A model generated the notes under the pieces. That model ran no database searches. It was not told the origin of the DNA and saw only the letters and a list, made by a program, of their open reading frames with translations. Shown here one piece after another: positions 57,928 to 64,000 of a stretch of 64,000 bases of DNA. Position numbers and translations under genes: made by a program. This stretch comes from Gammaproteobacteria bacterium (lineage in GTDB: Bacteria > Pseudomonadota > Gammaproteobacteria > Steroidobacterales > PWYM01), in contig PWZL01000102.1 of the NCBI GenBank assembly GCA_003567475.1, positions 3,132-67,131 of the forward strand, written 5' to 3'. Within the stretch, counting starts at the first letter, position 1. Every line of letters begins with the position of its first letter.

Positions 57928-59142
57928 ATGGCCGACACCGACAGCCCTATCGTGCTCGCCTTCTCCGGCGGTCTCGACACCTCCATGTGTATCCCCTGGC
58001 TGGCCGAACGCCATCAGCGCCCGGTGGTCACCGTGACCGTCAATACCGGTGGCCTGGCTGCCGAAGACATCCGGCGGCTGGAGGAACGCTCACGCGCCCT
58101 CGGCGCCCGCAAGCATCTGCTGGTCGAGGCCCGCGAGGCCTTCTTCGACGAAGTGCTGCGCCACCTGATCTTCGGTAACGTCCGCCGTGGCCAGCTCTAC
58201 CCGCTGTGCGTCGGCGCCGAGCGCGGCATCCAGGCCTCCCGGCTGGCGCAGGCGGCACGCACACTGGGCTCCACTACGGTGGCCCACGGTTGCACCGCGG
58301 CCGGCAATGACCAGGTCCGCTTCGAAGTCGCGCTGAAGACGCTCGACCCCGCCCTCGAGATCCTCGCACCCGTGCGCGATGAGGGGTTTGTCCGCGTCGA
58401 GCAGGTCCGCTATCTGGAGGACCGCGGGCTACCGGTGCCGGCCAAGAGCTCAGCTTACTCCATCAACCGAGGTCTCTGGGGCGTGACCATTGGCGGCACC
58501 GAGACGCTGGATTCGCGCGAGAGTATCCCCGAAGACGCCTGGGTCCTCTCGGCAGGCGCCTTCGAGGCAAACCGCCCCCCCCGCCAGCTGGTCATCGGCT
58601 TCGAAGCCGGCATCCCGGTCAGCCTCGACGGTGAGCGCCTCACGCCCGTGGCGCTGATCGAGCGCCTTGAGCAGATTGGCGCGGACTACGCCATCGGTCG
58701 TGGCATCCATCTGGGTGACACCATCCTCGGCACCAAGGGCAGGGTGGCCTTCGAGGCCCCGGCCGCCGAGCTGCTGATCACCGCCCATCGCGAACTCGAG
58801 AAACTCGTGCTCTCCGCGCTGCAGCAACGCGTGAAAGAGCAGGTGGCGACGATCTACGGTGACCTGGTGCATGAGGGCAAGCAGCTCGACCTCGTGTGCG
58901 CGGATATCGAGGCCCTGCTCAGCTCCTCACAGCGCAGGGTGACGGGCGAGGCGCACCTGCTGCTGCGCCCGGGCGGGGTGTTTGTCGAAGGCGTGGTCTC
59001 GCCGCATTCGTTGCTCAAGGCCACCCGTGGCGTCTACGGCGAAGCCGCCGGCGAATGGACACCGGCCGACGCTCTGGGCTATTCGCGGGTGCTCAGCCTG
59101 CCCGGCATCCTGCAAACCCGCGCCGGCAGCCACCCCACATGA
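57928..59142 (+). CDS. argG: Argininosuccinate synthase
   Basis: IVLAFSGGLDTS ATP-binding motif, VAHGCTAAGNDQVRFE. AAGGA Shine-Dalgarno sequence 10 nt before the ATG at 57928. Confidence 0.95.
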   Translation: MADTDSPIVLAFSGGLDTSMCIPWLAERHQRPVVTVTVNTGGLAAEDIRRLEERSRALGARKHLLVEAREAFFDEVLRHLIFGNVRRGQLYPLCVGAERGIQASRLAQAARTLGSTTVAHGCTAAGNDQVRFEVALKTLDPALEILAPVRDEGFVRVEQVRYLEDRGLPVPAKSSAYSINRGLWGVTIGGTETLDSRESIPEDAWVLSAGAFEANRPPRQLVIGFEAGIPVSLDGERLTPVALIERLEQIGADYAIGRGIHLGDTILGTKGRVAFEAPAAELLITAHRELEKLVLSALQQRVKEQVATIYGDLVHEGKQLDLVCADIEALLSSSQRRVTGEAHLLLRPGGVFVEGVVSPHSLLKATRGVYGEAAGEWTPADALGYSRVLSLPGILQTRAGSHPT

Positions 59143-59162
59143 GCGCGCGGGAGGATTCCAGC

Positions 59163-60242
59163 ATGCGTACCGTCATCGTCGACAAGATCGCCTCGGTCGC
59201 CCATCACCTCAACCTCTCACGCGAAATACGCGTGAGTGACCGCATTCCCTGTGAAGAGGGGGTGCTGGTCGCCGTCGAGGTGCTGAACTCCAAGAGCACC
59301 TATAACACGCTCGAACTCACCAGCGGGCGGATGGCGAAGCTCCGCCGCGGTGATGTCATCGTCGGCGCGCTCGGCCACCGCAAGGCGTTGTTCGGGTATT
59401 CGGGACACCTGCCGACAACGCTTGTCCCCGGTGATGTCGTGCAGATTCTCAACCTTGGCGGGGTACTGGGTCTGTGCGATTCCGCCAACCCTGATTACGG
59501 CCGGCCGTTCGACTGCCGTGTGCTGGGCACCGTGCTGCATTTCCCCTACCTGGGCGAGCGTATCGGGGTGCCCGCGCGCATGGGCATCGGCAAGCTCGCC
59601 GAGGCGCCCCCGCTGGAGACACACGGCATTCCGATCGTGGCACTTGCCGGCACCAGCATGGACGCCGGCAAGACGGCGGCCGCCTCGGCGATCATCGGAC
59701 GCTTCCGCCACTACGGCCTGGTGGTCGACGGCTTCAAGGCCACGGGGGTGGCCTTGCGCCGCGACGTGCTGGCCATGGAGGATGCCGGCGCGCGCAATAC
59801 CCTGCTGTTCTCCGACTTCGGCATCGTCGCCACCACGGCGGCCAACGGCCCCGCCCTGACGCGCACCTTGCTCACCCGCCTGGCCGGCGAGAAACCTGAT
59901 GTCATCGTCTTCGAACTCGGCGACGGACTGCTCGGCGCCTATGGTGTCGATGCCATCCTGCGCGACCCGGCCATCCGCAAGGCCCTGACCTGCACGGTGC
60001 TCTGCGCCAACGACCCCGTGGCCGCCTGGGGCGGGGTGAAGCTGTTGCGTGAGGAGTTCGACATCGAGCCGGCGGTGGTCACCGGCCCGGCCACCGACAA
60101 CCAGGTGGGCATCGACATCATTCGCGATCGCCTCGGAGTCGCCGCCGTCAACGCGCTGGCCAATGGCGCGGAGCTCGGCGATCTCCTGCAGACACGGCTC
60201 GGCCTGCCGATCCGCCGCAGCAATGAGGAGGCATTGGCGTGA
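59163..60242 (+). CDS. Uncharacterised arg-operon protein: beta-rich N-domain + DUF1611/BioD-like P-loop-type domain
   Basis: GGGAGGA Shine-Dalgarno sequence 8 nt before the ATG at 59163. Its stop forms a GTGA overlap with the argC start. Motifs IVALAGTSMDAGKTAAA, GFKATGVAL and VIVFELGDGLLG resemble DUF1611 (GTDCxVGK..., ATGQTG, FVEGQG). Balanced composition, unlike the Arg-rich antisense frame. Confidence 0.8.
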   Translation: MRTVIVDKIASVAHHLNLSREIRVSDRIPCEEGVLVAVEVLNSKSTYNTLELTSGRMAKLRRGDVIVGALGHRKALFGYSGHLPTTLVPGDVVQILNLGGVLGLCDSANPDYGRPFDCRVLGTVLHFPYLGERIGVPARMGIGKLAEAPPLETHGIPIVALAGTSMDAGKTAAASAIIGRFRHYGLVVDGFKATGVALRRDVLAMEDAGARNTLLFSDFGIVATTAANGPALTRTLLTRLAGEKPDVIVFELGDGLLGAYGVDAILRDPAIRKALTCTVLCANDPVAAWGGVKLLREEFDIEPAVVTGPATDNQVGIDIIRDRLGVAAVNALANGAELGDLLQTRLGLPIRRSNEEALA

Positions 60243-61300
60243 ACGAGACCTGGCCCGTGACCGTCCTCGGTGCGACCGGCTATGTCGCCGGCGAGCTGTT
60301 GCGCCTGGTGGCCGGTCACCCCCATCTCGATCTCGCGGCGGCGGTCTCCGAGAGTCAGGCTGGCGCGCCGATTGCCGAGACTTTCGGCCACCTCGCACCG
60401 CTGTATCGCGACACGCGCTTCAGCGCGCCGGAGAGTCTTGCGGAACTGCTGGCGGTGGTGCCGCGCATGGCCGTGTTCTGCGCAGCGCCTCACGGGGCCG
60501 CGGCGACGATGATCGACCAGCTGCTGGCCACGGCCGCGCAGGTCGATACCGACGTTCGCCTGGTCGATGTGTCCGCCGACTTCCGCTTCCGCGACCCCGA
60601 GACCTACGCCGACATCTACGGCCACCCGCATGGTGCGCCCCACCGACTGGCGGAGTTCGCCAGCGGGCTGCCCGAGCACCTCGAGGGCGTGCCGGCGAGA
60701 CACATCGGCCACCCTGGATGCTTTGCCACCGCCATGCTGCTCGCCGCCGTGCCGCTGGTGAAGCTCGGGCTGGTCGAGGACGACCTGTTTGTCGCCGCCA
60801 TCACTGGGTCCACGGGCTCCGGGCGCACACCGCTGGCCACCACCCACCATCCCGTGCGCCACGCCAACCTGTATGCCTACTCACCACTGGGCCACCGGCA
60901 TGCACCGGAGGTCACCGGGCTGATCGAAGCGGTTACCGGTCATCGGCCCCGCCTGCACTTCGTGCCTCATTCGGGACCGTTTGCCCGGGGGATCCAGGCC
61001 ACGCTGCAGGCACGCCTGCGTGAACCCGTGCCCGTGAGCGAACTGCGCGATGCGCTGCGCCGCTTCTATGTGGCCTCGCCCTTTGTCAGCGTGGTCGAGG
61101 GGACGCCGAAACTGAAAGACGTGGTGGGCAGCAACTATGCCCAGCTCGGCGTCGCCACCGATGGCGACACCGTGGCCGTATTCTCGGTCATCGACAATCT
61201 GCTCAAGGGCGCCGCGGGCGGCAGTCTCCAGTGGCTGAATCGCATGCTGGGCTGGCCCGAACACACCGGCCTGACCGCGTCGGGTGCCGGCTGGACCTGA
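60239..61300 (+). CDS. argC: N-acetyl-gamma-glutamyl-phosphate reductase
   Basis: VTVLGATGYVAGELLRLV and active-site GHPGCFATA. Confidence 0.95.
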   Translation: MNETWPVTVLGATGYVAGELLRLVAGHPHLDLAAAVSESQAGAPIAETFGHLAPLYRDTRFSAPESLAELLAVVPRMAVFCAAPHGAAATMIDQLLATAAQVDTDVRLVDVSADFRFRDPETYADIYGHPHGAPHRLAEFASGLPEHLEGVPARHIGHPGCFATAMLLAAVPLVKLGLVEDDLFVAAITGSTGSGRTPLATTHHPVRHANLYAYSPLGHRHAPEVTGLIEAVTGHRPRLHFVPHSGPFARGIQATLQARLREPVPVSELRDALRRFYVASPFVSVVEGTPKLKDVVGSNYAQLGVATDGDTVAVFSVIDNLLKGAAGGSLQWLNRMLGWPEHTGLTASGAGWT

Positions 61301-61345
61301 GCCGCCCCACGCACGCCCGATCGACCGCCCGGAGACCCCACCGCC

Positions 61346-62506
61346 ATGCATGCCCTCACCGCCATCGCCCGCGAAGCCGAGCACCTGTTGCCGGTCTACG
61401 CTCAGCTCGACATCGAACCGGTCCGCGCCGAGGGCGTCTGGATCCACACGGCCGACGGGCGACAGATCCTGGATGTCTATGGCGGCCATGCCGTCACCGC
61501 CCTCGGCTACGGCCACCCGCGGCTGCTTGACACGCTGGCCCACCAGGCCGCAACGCTGCTGTTCCAGAGCAATGCGGTGGCGCTGGATGTCCGCGCCCGG
61601 GCCGCGCGCCGGCTTGCCGGATTCATGCCCGCCGGTCTCAGCCACGTCTTTTTCGTCAACTCCGGCGCCGAGGCCAACGAGAATGCCCTGCGCCTGGCCC
61701 TGAAGGCCACCGGCCGGCCGCGGGTCGTCGCGCTCGAACACGGCTTCCACGGCCGCACCGCCGCGGCGGCCGCGGCGACCTGGGGGGCGGAGAAGTGGTA
61801 TGGCTTCCCGCAGCGACCGTTCGAGCCGGTATTTGTCCCGCGGGATGACCCTGCAGCGCTGCGCGCGGCGGTCGACGAACGCACCGCCGCCGTGATCCTC
61901 GAGCCGGTGCAGGGTGTCGCCGGCGCCTATGACCTGCCCCTGGCGGTGCTGCGTGCAGCCCGGGAGGCCTGTGACTCGGCCGGCGCCTGGCTGATCAGCG
62001 ACGAGGTCCAGAGTGGCATGGGGCGCAGCGGCATGGCGCTGGCGATCAGCCGCGCCGGCGTCACGCCGGATGTCGCCACACTGGCCAAGTCGCTCGGCGG
62101 CGGCTTCCCGGTGGGCGCGCTGGTGACGCGGGCCGGCGTGGCCGACGGGCTGCAGGTCGGTGACCTCGGCACCACCTTCGGCGGCGGGCCGCTGGCCTGC
62201 GCCATCGTCGAGACGGTGCTCGCCGTGATCGAGGAGGCCGGCCTGCTCGCGCGGATCGGTGTGCTGGAACGCGTCATCCGCGAACACTGCCAGGTCGGTC
62301 CGGTGACCGCGGTGCAGGGCGCCGGCCTGCTGCTCGGCCTGCGCACCAGCCGACCCGCACGCGAAGTCAACCGCGAGCTCCTGGCCCGCAACATCCTGGC
62401 CGGTGGCAGCGCCGATCCGCACATCGTGCGGCTGCTGCCGCCCTACATTCTCGAAGAAGACCACGTCCTGCGGCTGGCCGCCGCCCTGGAGGAGATATCC
62501 GCATGA
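61346..62506 (+). CDS. argD: Acetylornithine aminotransferase (class III PLP enzyme)
   Basis: DVYGGHAVTALGYGHP, FFVNSGAEANENALRLA, ISDEVQSGMGRSG, TLAKSLGGGFPVGA (the Lys is the PLP site). Confidence 0.9.
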   Translation: MHALTAIAREAEHLLPVYAQLDIEPVRAEGVWIHTADGRQILDVYGGHAVTALGYGHPRLLDTLAHQAATLLFQSNAVALDVRARAARRLAGFMPAGLSHVFFVNSGAEANENALRLALKATGRPRVVALEHGFHGRTAAAAAATWGAEKWYGFPQRPFEPVFVPRDDPAALRAAVDERTAAVILEPVQGVAGAYDLPLAVLRAAREACDSAGAWLISDEVQSGMGRSGMALAISRAGVTPDVATLAKSLGGGFPVGALVTRAGVADGLQVGDLGTTFGGGPLACAIVETVLAVIEEAGLLARIGVLERVIREHCQVGPVTAVQGAGLLLGLRTSRPAREVNRELLARNILAGGSADPHIVRLLPPYILEEDHVLRLAAALEEISA

Positions 62507-63507
62507 AGCTGTTCAACGACCTCGCCGATTTCAGCGTCGAGGAGATCGACGATCTGCTGACACTCGCCCGCCGGCTCGACGAGCATCCCGAACCCCAGGC
62601 GCTGGCCGGTCGCGTGCTGGCGCTGCTGTTCCTGAACCCCTCGTTGCGCACCATGTCCTCCTTCCAGGCTGCCATGATCCGACTGGGGGGCAGCGCCTTC
62701 GTGATCTCCCCGGAGATGTCGATTCACGGTCTAGAGACCCGGCCGGGCATCGTGATGGACGGTGCCGCCGCAGAACATATTCGCGAGGCGGTCCCGGTCA
62801 TCGCCTCTTACGGCGACGCGATCGGCATTCGTGCCTTCGCTCAGCGCCAGCGCCTGGAGGATGACCTCGCAGACAGCGAATTCCAGACCTTCCGCTCGCT
62901 GATCGACAAGCCGATGATCAACATGGAGTCGGCCATCAACCATCCCTGCCAGGCGCTGGCCGACTGGAAGACCATGGACGAGCTCGGCGTGCCGCGCCAG
63001 GGCGGCAAGTTCGTGCTCTCCTGGGCCTATCACCCGAAGGCGTTGCCGCTGGCCGTACCGTCGGCCGTGGTGCACATGGCCTGCCAGCGGGGCATGGACG
63101 TGACAGTCCTGCGCCCCGAGGGTTTCGAGCTGCCCACGCCGATCATGGACAAGGCGCGCGCGGCCGCCGAGGCCAATGGCGGCAGCCTGCAGGAATCGGC
63201 CGACCGCCACGAGGCCATCGAGGGCGCCCACGTGGTGTACGCCAAGGAGTGGTCATCGACCCGGCACTACGGTGATCGCCTGGGCGACGAGAAGCTTCGT
63301 CGCGAACTGGTCGACTGGTGCATCGACGACCCTTGGTTCCAGCCGGCCCGCGAGGACTGCCGACTGATGCATTGCCTGCCGGTGCGCCGCGGCGTGGCGG
63401 TCAGTGACCGGGTGCTCGATGGCCCGCGCAGTGTGGTCATCCAGGAAGCCCGCAATCGCATGGTCGCGCAGATGGCAGTGGTATACCGCATGCTGCGCGG
63501 CAGCTGA
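62503..63507 (+). CDS. argF': N-acetylornithine (AOTCase-type) carbamoyltransferase
   Basis: Collinear with Xanthomonas AOTCase as I recall it: FLNPSLRTMSSF, GIVMDGAAAEHI, INMES..HPCQALAD, VLSWAYHPK, VVYAKEW, HCLPVRR. Lacks the canonical OTCase STRTR and DxxxSMG motifs. ATGA overlap with the argD stop. Confidence 0.8.
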   Translation: MKLFNDLADFSVEEIDDLLTLARRLDEHPEPQALAGRVLALLFLNPSLRTMSSFQAAMIRLGGSAFVISPEMSIHGLETRPGIVMDGAAAEHIREAVPVIASYGDAIGIRAFAQRQRLEDDLADSEFQTFRSLIDKPMINMESAINHPCQALADWKTMDELGVPRQGGKFVLSWAYHPKALPLAVPSAVVHMACQRGMDVTVLRPEGFELPTPIMDKARAAAEANGGSLQESADRHEAIEGAHVVYAKEWSSTRHYGDRLGDEKLRRELVDWCIDDPWFQPAREDCRLMHCLPVRRGVAVSDRVLDGPRSVVIQEARNRMVAQMAVVYRMLRGS

Positions 63508-63535
63508 GCAAAGCACCTACAGGGGACACCACAAG

Positions 63536-64000
63536 ATGAGAGACAATCAGGAACGCGCGATCGTCGTCAGCGCACTGAAACATGCGGCACCTTACATCCG
63601 CATGTACAAGGGCAAGGTCTTCGTGCTCAAGGCAGGCGGTGAGGTCTTCGCGACACCGGAGGACACCCACGCACTGATGACCCAGGTCGGGCTGCTGCAC
63701 CAGGTGGGCATCCGTGTGGTGCTGGTCCACGGTGGGGGCCCTCAGTCCACCGAGCTTGCGAAATCCCTCGGGCTGGCGACCCAGTTCGTCGAGGGTCGTC
63801 GGGTGACCGATCAGCCGGCGCTGGAAGTCGCCACCATGGTGCTGAACGGCCTGATCAATACGCGTATTCTGGCCGCCTGCCGCGATCTCGATGTGCCTGC
63901 AGTCGGCATCTCCGGGGTCGATGCCGGCCTCATCCGCGCGCATAAACGCCCGCCCGTGAAAGTCGAGGGCAACGAGGCACCGGTGGACTACGGTTTCGTC
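63536..64000 (+). CDS. argB: Acetylglutamate kinase, N-terminal part (runs off the window)
   Basis: My translation from ATG 63536: MRDNQERAIVVSALKHAAPYIRMYKGKVFVLKAGGEVF...VVLVHGGGPQ...GRRVTD, open to position 64000. Confidence 0.9.
   Translation, partial: MRDNQERAIVVSALKHAAPYIRMYKGKVFVLKAGGEVFATPEDTHALMTQVGLLHQVGIRVVLVHGGGPQSTELAKSLGLATQFVEGRRVTDQPALEVATMVLNGLINTRILAACRDLDVPAVGISGVDAGLIRAHKRPPVKVEGNEAPVDYGFV

Noticed and set aside
59217-62464. Long minus-strand ORFs over the arg operon (59217..60398, 393 aa; 59939..60862, 307 aa; 60881..62464, 527 aa)
   Set aside because: They are antisense to the arg-operon protein X, argC and argD. Their sequences are dominated by R, G, A and P, with no motifs.
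1-64000. CRISPR arrays, tRNA/rRNA genes, IS elements, prophage or defence-system genes
   Set aside because: Reading both strands, I saw no regularly spaced direct repeats, no cloverleaf-capable intergenic segments (all intergenic gaps are short or lack conserved tRNA features), and no transposase-, integrase-, nuclease- or methylase-like ORFs.

Overview
This is a high-GC, gene-dense chromosomal window, probably from a gammaproteobacterium (an inference from gene content: TamAB, ExeAB, FadE, RraA/NudC). I support about 60 protein-coding genes. I saw no rRNA, tRNA, CRISPR array, transposase, integrase or phage genes. Many long ORFs in the track are arginine-rich antisense 'shadow' frames typical of high-GC DNA, and I rejected them.

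Recognisable modules, in order:
- a divergent membrane sensor and sigma54 (NtrC-type) activator;
- small stress genes (DUF1328, BON, Ogt, Usp);
- three quinone-related genes (NDUFA9-like SDR, RatA/Coq10-like SRPBCC, SDR-DUF2867);
- a menaquinone cluster, menF-D-H-B-A-C, with menE convergent, preceded by an orphan NapC/NirT tetrahaem cytochrome operon;
- a YtrA-type GntR/ABC operon with a palindromic operator candidate;
- mdh, fadE and a DUF3667 gene coupled to dinB;
- exeA/gspB;
- a Dak2-DegV fusion;
- a methyltransferase / glycosyltransferase / OmpR two-component / acetyltransferase / ABC-2 exporter neighbourhood;
- rraA-nudC, an acyltransferase, an NRDE protein and an S9 peptidase;
- tamA-tamB;
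- an ArgR-headed arginine cluster, argR-argG-X-argC-argD-argF'-argB.

Two candidates deserve the most attention:
1. A divergent pair at 42941..44276. One gene is an FlhC-family zinc-Cys4 regulator. The other appears to carry two tandem FlhD-like segments. They share an unusually AT-rich control region, and there are no flagellar or mobile-element genes nearby.
2. An uncharacterised 359-aa protein at 59163..60242 with a DUF1611/BioD-like 'GTSMDAGKT' loop. It is translationally coupled inside the arginine operon between argG and argC. The cluster uses an acetylornithine-type carbamoyltransferase and shows no argA or argJ in the window.

All family assignments come from reading motifs by eye. None has been checked by database search.
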